A stretch of DNA of 62,962 bases, the filler included, from Nitrospinota bacterium (GTDB lineage: Bacteria; JAUXIQ01), in the NCBI GenBank assembly GCA_030620925.1. It is 16 parts of 16 records of this genome, joined end to end, with 100 filler letters (N's around TTAATTAATTAA, not from the genome) between each part and the next. Parts side by side here need not be neighbours in the genome. Positions count along the whole stretch, not along the records: positions 29,612 to 33,278 come from JAUXIQ010000293.1; positions 33,379 to 35,894 come from JAUXIQ010000445.1; positions 35,995 to 38,686 come from JAUXIQ010000421.1; positions 38,787 to 43,453 come from JAUXIQ010000209.1; 12 more parts are not named here. One strand, given 5' to 3'. The notes under the pieces are model-generated. The model made no database searches, was not told where the DNA came from, and saw only the letters and a list, made by a program, of their open reading frames with translations. Of this stretch, positions 29,612 to 40,534 are shown one piece after another. Every line of letters begins with the position of its first letter. The stretch's first letter is position 1. The translations under genes were made by a program, and so were the position numbers.

Positions 29612-30646
29612 AACTTTTTTGAGGTCGTAGTGGTCTTCGTCCAGCACTTTCTGGGCCACGCTTATATCCAGGTTGTCTTCGGTGGCCTTGGACCAGGGAA
29701 GCTCGATGAGCCAGTCCAGGTAGGTGCGGGAGACGGTATATTCCGCCGAGGCGGGGGACATACGGGCCAGGCGCTCCAATTCCTTTTCCGCCTCGTTGTT
29801 CGCTTCCTCGGGCATGCCGGCGGCTTTTATTTTCTCGCGCAGCTCTTCTATCTCCGCCTCCTGGTCGTCACCCTCTCCCAGCTCTTTCTGGATCGCCTTA
29901 AGCTGTTCGCGCAGAAAATATTTCCTCTGCTGCTCCTCCATTTCGCTCTTTACGTCGGATTGAAGCTTACTGCCCAGCTCGAGAACCTGCACTTCGCGGT
30001 TGAGCATATCGTGCACCGCTTTCAGGCGCACTTTCACGTCCAAAGTTTCCAGAAGTTTCTGCTTATCCTCGATGTTTATATTCAGGGCGGAGCCAACTAA
30101 ATCCGCCAGGTTCCCCGGCCTGTCGATGTTCATGACCATGATGCCCAGCTCCTGGGGCAGGCGGGGGGCCAGCTCCATCATCTTGCGGAAGAGTTCCCTG
30201 AGGTTGTTCATCAGGGCCTCCACTTCCATGTCTATCTCTTCTTTTTCCTCGATGATTTCTATTTCCGCCTTGAAGTAAGGCTCCTTCTGCACGTAATTGA
30301 GGATTTTGATGCGCTTGAGGCCCTGTATCAGCACGTTGCTCCCTTGCTCGGGGAGTTTTATCATCTTTAATACTATGGCGGCCGTCCCGTAGGTAAAAAG
30401 CTGGCCGGTATCGGGGTCTTTGGTTTCCTGGTCCTTGACGGCCACCACGCCGATGAGCTTGTCTTTCACAAGCACCTCATCGATGAGCTTGAGCGACTTC
30501 TCTTTTTCAACCAAAAGGGGCATCACCATGTCGGGGAAAATGACGCTGCCTTTTATAGGTAAAATGGGCAACTGGTCGGGTATGGGAGGCGAACCTTCCT
30601 TGGACGCCTCATCCGGCAAGGCCCCTTTCTTGATATCCAATTCCAT
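29612..30646 (-). CDS. lon: ATP-dependent Lon protease, N-terminal part
   Basis: LPILP..VIFP, QRKYFLREQLKAIQKELGE, RTYLDWL, LDEDHY. Confidence 0.95.
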
Positions 30647-30714
30647 AACTGTTAATCCTCCTGCCTCTATTGCCTATGGAAAAATTTAATGAGGTTCGAT
30701 ATTCGCTGCTGTTT

Positions 30715-31158
30715 CTATGACGATATGTCTATTTTCCCCGGAGGTTTCGCCGCATTCTTGGGAATCGTTACCTTGAGGAAACCATCGCTGTAAGAGGCTG
30801 AGATGCCGTCTTCCTTGTAAGGGATGGAAAGACGGACCACCCTCTCAAACATTCCGTAATCTATTTCCATCTGATGCAGGCGCATCTTAGGCTGGTCAGT
30901 GAGGTCTTTCCTCTGACCGCGTATGGTGAGGTAATCCCTTTCCAGGATTATCTCCAGGTCTTCCCTGCTGACTCCTGCTATCTCCATCAGTATGATCACC
31001 GATTCAGGCGTTTCGTAGACATCCAGGGCCGGCCGCCAGACGTTATCCGCGAGCAGGCAGAAAGATTTGGCCTGACTTATCAAACGCTCGAACATCTGGT
31101 CCATTCTGCTTTGCATTTTCTCCACGTCCTTCTGTATGTCAATTTTGATGCGGTTCAT
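30715..31158 (-). CDS. Hsp20/alpha-crystallin small heat-shock protein
   Basis: WRPALDVYET, EIDYGMFER, YSDGFLKVTIPK. Confidence 0.92.
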   Translation of the reverse strand: MNRIKIDIQKDVEKMQSRMDQMFERLISQAKSFCLLADNVWRPALDVYETPESVIILMEIAGVSREDLEIILERDYLTIRGQRKDLTDQPKMRLHQMEIDYGMFERVVRLSIPYKEDGISASYSDGFLKVTIPKNAAKPPGKIDISS

Positions 31159-31621
31159 GGAAGCTCCCGTTATGTTTAGGGTATGAATGAACGCTTCTTC
31201 CCATTACGATTCATAAAGAAGAATCATGATACTCTGAAATAGAATAATATAAAAGCGGGAAATTTTCTGCAAGTTCCGACTTCCGGCATCAAAGGGCACT
31301 TTAGAATCGGAAATAAAAAATCTCCTTTCAATAATCGTTGAATTTCAGATCCAGGCCATTTTCATCGCTGATTTATAATTACCGCCACGGATTTTTTCTT
31401 TAATATAACATCAAAAATCTCTCTTTTCATTAAAAAGATTCCCTCTATATGTTCCCACCATGCTAACGTTTTACGTGGTATATTCGTCCTTTATGTAACT
31501 TTATCTTGACATGCCGCCAATGATATACTAAAGGTTCATTTCCAGGCCTATCATGAGGTGTAGCGGCGAAGCTGCATTTTGCACCCCGGTGGTGAGTCAT
31601 AGAGGGGGGGGGATTATCATC

Positions 31622-32836
31622 ATGAATTTGCCTTTGCAGGGGATCAGAGTGCTGGACTGGACTATCTGGCAGCAGGGCCCTTGTGCCACTGTCATGCTTG
31701 GAGACATGGGCGCGGAGGTCATCAAGATAGAGTCTATCGATGGAGACCCCGGCCGCAACATTGTGCCCAAGATCATGAAGGCGTTGAATATCGAAGCGGA
31801 TTACAATTTTTATTTCGAATACCTTAACAGAAGCAAGAAAGGCATAACCCTGGACTTAAGGAGGCAGGAGGGACGTGAGGTGGTTTACCGCCTGGCGGCC
31901 GAATCTGACGTCTTCGTTCAGAACTTTCGCAAAGGAGTGGCAGAGAGGTTGGGCCTCGGCTACGAAGACCTCAAGAAGCACAACCCGAAGATCATTTACG
32001 CTGCCGCCTCAGGATACGGACCTCATGGCCCCGACAGCGCAGAACCTTCCTTCGATTATATGGGCCTGGCCCGCTCCGGTATAATGACCGCATTGGGCGG
32101 CCCCGACACGCCTCCCCTCAATATCGCAGGCGGCATAGCAGACCAGATGGGCGCCATCATGCTCTCCTATGCAATTCTCACCGCTCTCATAGCCAGAGAG
32201 CGCCTGGGAATCGGCCAGCGGGTGGACACCTCGCACCTGGGCAGCATGATGCATCTCCAGGGGCTTAACGTGCAGGCGGTCATGACCATGAAACAGCCGA
32301 TGAACAAGGCTGCCAGAGAGGAAGTACCCAATCCCTTGTGGAACCACTACAGGTGTCAGGATGACAAGTGGATATGCCTGGGCATGCTGGAGCCAGATCG
32401 CTACTGGCACGATTTCTGCGCCGTCATGGGCATCCAGGAGCTGGAAAGCGATCCCAGATTCAAGGAAATGAGCTGCCGTGCGGATAACTCCGCAGAGCTT
32501 ATTCCCGTTCTGGACCAGCGATTCGCCTCCAGGCCCCGAGACCAGTGGTTGAAGCTCTTAAAAGAAGGGGGAGATTTCATTTACACTATCGTCAATGACC
32601 TAACAGATTTACTCTCAGACCCTCAGGCGATAGAAAACGGTTATCTTGCCGCTTTCGATCACCCTGAACTGGGAAATGTAGACATCATGGGATTCCCCTT
32701 CGGAATGAGCGAAACACCTTGCGGTATCCAGAACAGGGCGCCCTCCCTCTCAGAGCATACCGAGGAGACCCTGAGTGAAATCTGCGGGTTCAGCGCTGAA
32801 GAAATAGAAGAGCTGCGGAAGGAAAAAGTCATCTGA
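31622..32836 (+). CDS. CaiB/BaiF family III CoA-transferase
   Basis: PLQGIRVLD, LGDMGAEVIKIE, NRSKKG, QNFR, SFD, APSLSEHT. Confidence 0.93.
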   Translation: MNLPLQGIRVLDWTIWQQGPCATVMLGDMGAEVIKIESIDGDPGRNIVPKIMKALNIEADYNFYFEYLNRSKKGITLDLRRQEGREVVYRLAAESDVFVQNFRKGVAERLGLGYEDLKKHNPKIIYAAASGYGPHGPDSAEPSFDYMGLARSGIMTALGGPDTPPLNIAGGIADQMGAIMLSYAILTALIARERLGIGQRVDTSHLGSMMHLQGLNVQAVMTMKQPMNKAAREEVPNPLWNHYRCQDDKWICLGMLEPDRYWHDFCAVMGIQELESDPRFKEMSCRADNSAELIPVLDQRFASRPRDQWLKLLKEGGDFIYTIVNDLTDLLSDPQAIENGYLAAFDHPELGNVDIMGFPFGMSETPCGIQNRAPSLSEHTEETLSEICGFSAEEIEELRKEKVI

Positions 32837-32933
32837 GCCAGGAGAGAATCGCGGAGCCGATTCCCCTGGTTATCTCACCCCGGAAGATGGTGAATCAGCT
32901 GCCTCGCCGTCAGGGGAAAAAGGGGGTGGATTA

Positions 32934-33278
32934 ATGGCGTCGATACTTAATGGAATAAGAATTCTGGATTGCTCCATCTGGATGCAGGGTCCTTCGGCCA
33001 CCGTCATGTTGGGGGATATGGGGGCTGAAGTAATAAAATTGGAGCCTATTTCGGGTGACCCCAGCCGCGGCCTGCTCGATCTCGTGGAAAAGACTACGGA
33101 CCTTCCCACCACCTGGGACTTCTATTCCGAATTCCTGAACCGGAACAAGAAGAGCATCTCCGTCGACCTCAAAAACCCTGAGGGAAGAGAAGTAATATAC
33201 CGCATAATCAAGCACTGCGATGTCTTCGTGCAGAACTTCCGCAAAGGGGTGGTGGACAGGCTGGGGATGGGCTACGAT
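32934..33278 (+). CDS. Second CaiB/BaiF CoA-transferase (partial)
   Basis: GIRILD, LGDMGAEVIK, NRNKKS, QNFR. Confidence 0.92.
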
Positions 33279-33378
33279 NNNNNNNNNNNNNNNNNNNNNN
33301 NNNNNNNNNNNNNNNNNNNNNNTTAATTAATTAANNNNNNNNNNNNNNNNNNNNNNNNNNNNNNNNNNNNNNNNNNNN

Positions 33379-34342
33379 CGAACAGCTTGGCTATGGAGGC
33401 CTCGGCGGGCAGCTCCTCTCCTTTGTCGAACTTGCGGCCGGCGTCGGCGATTATGTTGCGCAGCGCATAGACGTCCGTAGCCATCTCCGCCAGGTAGTTC
33501 CGAACGGCCTGCCTCTTGGATATGGGCTTCCCGAAAGTCTCCCGCTCCTTGGAAAACTCCAGGGTCAGCTCAAGGAACCGCTGGGCCAGGCCCAGGCACC
33601 CCACGGCGATGGAGAGCCTGCTTATCTCCAGGAAGCTGAAGGCAACCTCCAGCCCCTGCCCCACTTCCCCAAGCTGGTTTTCCGCGGGGAGGAGGGTGTT
33701 GTCCATGTGAAAGATGCCGTGCTCGCTGCCTCGCAGCCCCATGGTTGGCTTCATGTATTCTATCTCGAAACCCGGGGTATCCCGCTCCAGGAGGAAGGCG
33801 GTGACGCCCAGGTGCCCCTTGGAACGGTCGGTGTAGGCGAAGATATGGAAAGGGTCGGCGAAATCTGCGAAGGAGATGAGCTGTTTCTTGCCGTTGACGA
33901 TCCAGTTATCCCCCTCCCTGCGGGCCTCGCTCTTGATATCCGCGCCGGTACCCGTATCCGGCTCGGTGAGCGCGAAACCGAGGTATCTGTCGCCCCTGGC
34001 CGCTTCCGGCAGGTACTTCTTCTTCTGCTCTGGGTTGCCGAAGTTGTGAATCATGCGCCAGAAGCCGTTTGCCGCGTGCACAATCAGCCGTATGGAGCCG
34101 TGGGCCTTGGCCACCTCCTCCAACAGCGGCCAGTAATCGGAAAAAGCGAGCTCCTCGCCCCCGTACTCGGTGGGCATAGTCAGGCGAAACAGCCCGGCGT
34201 CGGCCAGCACCCGGACTATGTCCTCAGGCAGTTTCCCATTCTCCTCGATCCCCTCCGAAATGGGGTCCAGCGTGTCCTCCCGGAACCCCTTCACGAAATC
34301 CATGTAGCGCTCTAAATTGTCGCCGATCTTATAATCTATCAT
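33379..34342 (-). CDS. Acyl-CoA dehydrogenase (3' truncated)
   Basis: FALTEPDTGTG, VNGKK, MGLRGS, RETFGKPI. Confidence 0.92.
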
Positions 34343-34386
34343 GGCCCTCTCCTTTCACTTCAGGATTACCGGAAGCGTTTACTGTT

Positions 34387-35445
34387 CTATGGTATGAAAT
34401 CTATTTTATCGTCCACCCGGCAGATGAACTCGGCCAGCAGTTTGGCGGTATTCTCAAGGTCTTTCAAAGAGACCACCTCCACCGGTGTGTGCATGTATCG
34501 ATTGGGCACGCTTATAAGCCCCGTGGCCACGCCTCCCCGCGATATCTGCATGGGGTTGGCGTCCGTGCCGGTAGCCCTGGGCGCGCCTTCCAGTTGATAG
34601 GGTATTTTCGCCTCCCCGGCAATCTTCATGAGCATCTTGCCCACCATGGGGTTGATGTTGGCCCCTACCGATACCACCGGCCCCGAGCCCAGCTTGACTT
34701 CCCCCACCTTCTTACGGTCCATATCGGGGTGGTCGGAAGCGAAAGTAACATCTATGGCTAAGCCCACTTTGGGGTCTACGTCGAAGGTGCTGGTGCGCGC
34801 CCCCCTCAGGCCCAGCTCTTCCTGCACGGTGGAAACTCCATAGACGGCCGCTTTGAGCTTTCGGCGCGAGGCTATGCGCAGTGCTTCCGCCACGGCGAAA
34901 CACCCCACTTTATCGTCGAAAGCCCTGGAAACCACCATGTCCCCCATGAGGTTCTCGTAACCCACGGCGTAGGTTATGGGGTCCCCCACTGCGACCTTCT
35001 TTTCCGCTTCTGCTTTGGTCCCGGCGCCTATGTCCAGCCACATCTGGTCTATCTGCGCGGTCTTTTTCCTCTCTTCAGGAGTGGTGAGATGTACGGCCTT
35101 CTTCCCTACTACCCCCAGGATCGGCCCCTTATCCCCCGAAACGACCAGCCTCTGGCCGGAAATGATGCCCGGATCGTGCCCGCCTATGGCCGAGAAATAT
35201 ATATAGCCGTCTTTATCTATGTAGTGAACCATGAAACCGATTTCGTCTACATGTCCGGCCAGCATAACCCTGGGGGAGCCCTTGGGATTGAGCACGGCGA
35301 TGCAGTTGCCATGCACGTCCTTCCGGACCTCATGGGTGTATTTGCTCACGTAGCTCTTCCAGACCTCCTGGGCGGCCTGTTCAAAACCCGAGGGGCTGGG
35401 TGTCTCCACCAGATTCCTGAGGAACGTTTCAGACTCTTTTCGCAC
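34387..35445 (-). CDS. M42 family (TET-like) aminopeptidase
   Basis: SPSGFE, GHVDEIG, AFDDK, VQEELG, GTDA, RYMHT. Confidence 0.93.
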   Translation of the reverse strand: MRKESETFLRNLVETPSPSGFEQAAQEVWKSYVSKYTHEVRKDVHGNCIAVLNPKGSPRVMLAGHVDEIGFMVHYIDKDGYIYFSAIGGHDPGIISGQRLVVSGDKGPILGVVGKKAVHLTTPEERKKTAQIDQMWLDIGAGTKAEAEKKVAVGDPITYAVGYENLMGDMVVSRAFDDKVGCFAVAEALRIASRRKLKAAVYGVSTVQEELGLRGARTSTFDVDPKVGLAIDVTFASDHPDMDRKKVGEVKLGSGPVVSVGANINPMVGKMLMKIAGEAKIPYQLEGAPRATGTDANPMQISRGGVATGLISVPNRYMHTPVEVVSLKDLENTAKLLAEFICRVDDKIDFIP

Positions 35446-35807
35446 TATACACCTCCTGTTTCAAGCATTAACTCCATGCGATAATTATTCCTGAGTGCTA
35501 TCGGACTGAGACGAAATAACCATAAAAATCCACGCACTTTTGGCCGTTAGAAAAACCCATATTACCCTTCATTTCGAGTGATTGTCAAATAGAACGGTTA
35601 CAGTCGGATGGTCGGCCCGTTTGCAAAAAGAAGGGTTCTTGAATGAACCTGAGATACAGACTATGCTCAGGATACAAGACAGTTGAATACTACAGGGTAA
35701 GTGGGATTACTTCCAAGAAGGCTCTGATCAGGAAGTGTGTGCATCCCTATATAATGTTAGGGGGCAATTTATCCAACAGAAAAAAATACAAGATTGTGAC
35801 ATAATTG

Positions 35808-35836
35808 TTGACAGTTTCACTGTTATATAATATATT
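35808..35836 (+). promoter_or_regulatory. Sigma70-type promoter overlapped by an inverted repeat; downstream gene lies off-contig
   Basis: TTGACA-N17-TATATT; TGACAGT-TTC-ACTGTTA. Confidence 0.5.
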
Positions 35837-35994
35837 ATCGCAATATCTTCAATAAGATGAGCGTGACAAAATAATGGACAAAAAAAGTGTCAAGNNNNNN
35901 NNNNNNNNNNNNNNNNNNNNNNNNNNNNNNNNNNNNNNTTAATTAATTAANNNNNNNNNNNNNNNNNNNNNNNNNNNNNNNNNNNNNNNNNNNN

Positions 35995-36479
35995 ACCTCC
36001 TGGTGAAACCTATCGCTATTGTGGGAGCCATTATAAGCATCACCTTTCTGGCCGGGTTCAGCTTTCTCTTCCTGAAAAGCCGCACCGGAATGGCTCTCCG
36101 CGCCGTAGCGGACGATCACGCGGCATCACAGCTTATGGGGATCAATGTAAAGCATTTTATAGCCTTCGCCTGGGCGTTGACGGGGCTGGTGGCGGCCATC
36201 GGGGGCGACGTCTGGGGAAGTATGGTAGGGGTGGACATGTACCTCTCCGTCATGGGGCTCAAAGTATTCCCCGTGGTGATCATGGGAGGGATGACCAGCA
36301 TACTGGGCACCATCATAGCGGGCCTTATAGTGGGCGCAGTGGAAAGCGTATCGGCGGGCTATATCGACCCCTATGTGGGAGGGGGGCTAAAAGATTTCGT
36401 CCCCTTCGTCATCATCATTATCGTGCTCATGATACGACCATCCGGGCTTTTCGGCGAGGAGGCCATCGAATCGCTTTAA
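35995..36479 (+). CDS. Branched-chain amino acid ABC permease (LivH-like), 5' truncated
   Basis: SRTGMALRAVA, LMGIN, IMGG, RPSGLFG. Confidence 0.88.
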
Positions 36480-36505
36480 GCCGATGGGGAAATTTTATAA
36501 AGGTT

Positions 36506-37891
36506 TCACTGCTGCCGGCCGCCGACCACCATGTTCTTTATCCGTAAAGTGGGCTGACCAACGTTAGTGGGCACCAACCCGCTGCTGGCCCCGCACATTC
36601 CCTGAGCAAGTTCCCGGTTATTCCCAACCATATCTATGTCTTTTAAAACCTGCGCGCCGTTGCCTATGAGGGAGGCCCCTCGCACGGGCTTACCTATCTT
36701 GCCTTTGCTTATGGTATAGCCTTCCTCGACCGCGAAGTTGAAATCACCGGTGGAAGGGTTTACGCTCCCTCCCCCCATCTTTTTGGCGAAGAGGCCCTGA
36801 TCAGTGGCGGCGATGATCTGCTCGAAGCTGCTTTCTCCGTCGAGTATCATGGTGTTGCGCATGCGGGAGACGGGGGGGAAGCGGTAAGACTGCCGCCGGC
36901 CGCTGCCCGTGGAGGCAAGGCCCAGCTTCAGCCCCGATAGCTTGTCTACCATGAAGGATTTCAGGATACCCCTTTCGATGAGTACTGTGCGCTGGGTGGG
37001 TGTCCCCTCGTCGTCTAAGTTTGTTGAGCCCCAGGCGTTGGGGAGCGAGCCGTCGTCCACGGCGGAGACTACTTCGCTGGCGATTACCTCCCCCATCTTT
37101 TCGGCGAAGATGGATGCCTCCTGCGAGATCGAATATGCCTCCAGGCCGTGGCCGCAGGCTTCGTGAAAGATTACCCCCCCGAACCCGTTGTGGATGACAA
37201 CGGGCATGGTGCCTGCCGGTGCGTAATCGGCGTCGAGCATGGTGAGCGCCGTTTCCGCCGCCTGTCGGGCCGATTCCTCGATGTTTATACTTTCGTAAAA
37301 CTCAAATCCCATGAGGGCTCCCGGGGCCATCCTACCCACCTGCATCTCGTTACCGTTCGAAGCCACCGCAAGCAGGATCAACCTGGTCCTCACCCGCCGG
37401 TCTTCCACCATGAGCCCGTCGCTGTTGGCTATGGACACCTCCTGTGCCTCGTCCGAGTAGCTTATCTCTACCTGGGATATGGCCCGGTGCGTATCGCGTG
37501 CGGCCCGGTTGGCCCTCTCCACCAGGAGGAGCTTTTCAGAGAAAGGGACACCTTCCGGCTGAACTTCCACAGGGTGGATATCGTTCGTCTCTCTTCGTTT
37601 AAGGGGGATTACCCGTTTCCCCACTCCCAGGGATACTGCCTCGGCGAGGGTGCGGGCCGCATCCTCAAGACCCTGAGGCGAGAGGTCGTTGGTATAGCCG
37701 TAATAAGATTGATGCCCTTTGAAAACCCTTATGCCCACCCCTGAATCCGTTCCCGATATACTTTTCTCCAGCCGGCCGCCGCTGAACTGAAGCTGGTTTT
37801 TACTGTTTTTCTCCACGAATAACTCCGCAAAATCCCCCTCCCCCCCCAGGGCGCTTCCCAGTGTTCTTTCTATCAGCGCTTGCTCAAGCAT
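36506..37891 (-). CDS. tldD: TldD metalloprotease
   Basis: FHEACGHGLE, DDEG, STGSGRRQSY, RMRNT, GMCG, VGQPT. Confidence 0.93.
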   Translation of the reverse strand: MLEQALIERTLGSALGGEGDFAELFVEKNSKNQLQFSGGRLEKSISGTDSGVGIRVFKGHQSYYGYTNDLSPQGLEDAARTLAEAVSLGVGKRVIPLKRRETNDIHPVEVQPEGVPFSEKLLLVERANRAARDTHRAISQVEISYSDEAQEVSIANSDGLMVEDRRVRTRLILLAVASNGNEMQVGRMAPGALMGFEFYESINIEESARQAAETALTMLDADYAPAGTMPVVIHNGFGGVIFHEACGHGLEAYSISQEASIFAEKMGEVIASEVVSAVDDGSLPNAWGSTNLDDEGTPTQRTVLIERGILKSFMVDKLSGLKLGLASTGSGRRQSYRFPPVSRMRNTMILDGESSFEQIIAATDQGLFAKKMGGGSVNPSTGDFNFAVEEGYTISKGKIGKPVRGASLIGNGAQVLKDIDMVGNNRELAQGMCGASSGLVPTNVGQPTLRIKNMVVGGRQQ

Positions 37892-37979
37892 GATTTGATA
37901 CCTCTTGATTAAATATTAGTGGATCTACGAGCTTTACTTTCTGGTTTTCCTTAAAGACTATAGCCTAAGGAGGGAATTT

Positions 37980-38360
37980 TCAATCAGTCCGGGCTTTTGA
38001 GCAGGACTCCCGCACCCAATCGATATATTCCTTTAAGCCATTAACGATGGGAAGAGCGATTACCTCGGGGACATCATATTCATGATTTTGGCGGACATAC
38101 TCGGTAACTCGTGAGAAAAGCGAGGAGGTGCTTTTGACCAGCATCAGGGATTCCTGCTCTCTGCAGAGCTCCCCCTCCCAGGTATATATTGATGTCACGG
38201 TGGGGATTACGTTCACGCAGGCTGCCAGGCCTTTTTCCACAAGGCCTTCGCCGAGAGTTTCCGCCTTTTCCCGCGTGGGAGTGGTTATGAGTATAACCAG
38301 GCAAGCGTCCTCTTCAGTCTGCTGGCGGCCGTGCCGGGCCTTTCCGTCGGCGGTATTCAT
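37980..38360 (-). CDS. cutA: Divalent-cation tolerance protein CutA
   Basis: LAACVN, SIYTWEG, HEYDVPEVIALP. Confidence 0.92.
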   Translation of the reverse strand: MNTADGKARHGRQQTEEDACLVILITTPTREKAETLGEGLVEKGLAACVNVIPTVTSIYTWEGELCREQESLMLVKSTSSLFSRVTEYVRQNHEYDVPEVIALPIVNGLKEYIDWVRESCSKARTD

Positions 38361-38372
38361 GGGAAAAGGCCC

Positions 38373-38686
38373 TTACTGGGGTATGACCATGGTGATCTCA
38401 TCCTTATTGACAATGACCACTTCTTTGTAGAGGACGTGCAGCTCTCCATTAATGGTGGTTACCTTGGCGTTGGTGATGGGCAGAAAAGTAGAGTTAGTTT
38501 CATTGAGGTAATCGGATAAGCGGCTTCGATAGCCTTTGGAGACATACCTTATTTGTCCTTCTATGCGGTAATGGGCGGTAAATATGGTTATATCCAGTAC
38601 TTTGACATTCGGCTCAGCTTCTTTGAGTGCTTTGTCCACAGCCTTGGCCGCCGCCTGTTCTGCTTCTATTTTACTTATTACCACAC
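38373..38686 (-). CDS. Hypothetical protein (possibly 5' truncated)
   Basis: RIEG..RLSDYLN..FLPITNA..VNKDEI pattern; same strand as and adjacent to cutA. Confidence 0.65.
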
Positions 38687-38786
38687 NNNNNNNNNNNNNN
38701 NNNNNNNNNNNNNNNNNNNNNNNNNNNNNNTTAATTAATTAANNNNNNNNNNNNNNNNNNNNNNNNNNNNNNNNNNNNNNNNNNNN

Positions 38787-39112
38787 TCTATTCTCCGCTG
38801 GGAATTCATCGGCCGAAAAGTGTTGATAAAGAGGTTTATAAACCCGCGCCCGACATATTTGAACATCCTCACAAAGATGCCTCCTCCTCTTTTACGCATC
38901 GGGCGATAAAATTTTATATAATCGGGCTTCCCTTTTTCAGAGAGGAGAGCCTGTTGATCAGCAGAGAGCCTGGAATACTTCAGCTTCTCAACCTTCCACC
39001 TGTATTCGTCTACCTTCTTGCCTTTCTGGATGAAAGACACACGGTTGGCACAGCCCGTTATCAGTGCGGCGCATAGAAGAATTAACCATGTTGTCGAAAT
39101 CAACCGTTTCAT
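38787..39112 (-). CDS. Predicted lipoprotein (3' truncated)
   Basis: MKRLISTTWLILLCAALITG-C lipobox. Confidence 0.65.
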
Positions 39113-39173
39113 CAGGTTCCCTTCAGGTATGGACGTATTGCGATACACCCTGCTTTGAATATACCTCTGATTC

Positions 39174-39962
39174 TCAGCGGCCTTTGAACACAGGTTCGCG
39201 ACCCTCCAGAAAAGATTGAACGCCCTCTTTTGCGTCCTCGGTCTGCGAGCAGATGGACTGGGCGAAGGCTTCATAGTCCAGGGCCGCCTCCAGGTCCGAT
39301 TCGAGCCCTTTGTAAATCGCTACCTTGGAAATGCCTATGGCGACGGCGGGCCCGTTGGCTATTTCTTCAGCCAGCGTTCGCGCCTCATCCATCAATTTTT
39401 CTGGTGCAACAACGCGGTTCACCAGGCCGATGCGGTCCGCCTCCTGAGCGTCGATTATTTTCCCTGTGAAGATCATCTCGCAGGCGCGGCCCGTGCCCAC
39501 TATCCTGGGCAGGAAGTAAGAGCCGCCCATGTCCGGGTGCAGGCCCCGCTTCACGAACACCAGGCCGAACCTGGCCTTCTCCGATGCCAGGCGGATGTCG
39601 CAGGCCATGGCGATGCTGCAGCCCGCCCCTACGGCGGCGCCGTTTACCGCTGCTATGACCGGTTTCTCTATCTGCTGGAAGGCGGTGATCATGCGGGATG
39701 ACTTTCTGATGTTAGCCCTCCGATCGACGGGATTCATCTTGAGGCGCTCCGGCATGGTCTTAACGTCGCCGCCGGCGGAGAAGGCCCGCTCCGCACCGGT
39801 AACCGTGAGGGCGCCCACGCCTTCGTCGTAGCGGGCGTCCTCCAATGCGTGCTGTATTTCGGCCATCATCTCAGCGTTTACGGCGTTGAGCACATCGGGT
39901 CGATTGAAGGTCAGGCATGCCACCCTGTTTTCCACTTGATAGATGATGTTCTTGTATTCCAT
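39174..39962 (-). CDS. Enoyl-CoA hydratase/isomerase (PaaG-like)
   Basis: NRPDVLNA, FSAGGDV, GAAVGAG, RGLHPDMGG. Confidence 0.92.
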   Translation of the reverse strand: MEYKNIIYQVENRVACLTFNRPDVLNAVNAEMMAEIQHALEDARYDEGVGALTVTGAERAFSAGGDVKTMPERLKMNPVDRRANIRKSSRMITAFQQIEKPVIAAVNGAAVGAGCSIAMACDIRLASEKARFGLVFVKRGLHPDMGGSYFLPRIVGTGRACEMIFTGKIIDAQEADRIGLVNRVVAPEKLMDEARTLAEEIANGPAVAIGISKVAIYKGLESDLEAALDYEAFAQSICSQTEDAKEGVQSFLEGREPVFKGR

Positions 39963-40534
39963 TTCTCTCTCCCGGTTCTTGATGCCTATGGGGTTCGGTA
40001 GCTGAATCCTTGACCAACCCCGTAAAGAATTTTAGGAAAGAAATGTTCGAAGGGGCTGAACAACTTATTTTCAATGAAACTATATAGCAGAAGTGAGGCG
40101 AGCTTGCAAACAGCCATTCTTTATAAATTGGTTATATTGGAATTTAATGTTTTAAGAAATCTGTCTGAAATGCAGGCCAAAATTAAATATGAATATCTAA
40201 TGAGGCCCTCACGTCAAACCTGGAAAATTGTCTTTTTTGAGTTGACAGTCCTTTGATAGTGTGCGATAAATCTTGATGCTGTTTATCTAAATATTATGAT
40301 TCTTTGCGGATTCGTAACCGTTACCGGAGAAAGTATACCGGTCAATTTTCTTTTGAGGGGGGAGCGAATCGTACAAGTTGGGGTAAAGAAGCAAATACCA
40401 GAGTAAATAGGTTGTGTTTCATAACATTATTATTACTTCAGCAAAGGAGGTGATTTAACTTTAAATAATTTTGTGTCGGAGTGATGCTCGGTTTTCGTAT
40501 CACCTGAACCTTATTACCGATGGGAGGCAGTCTT

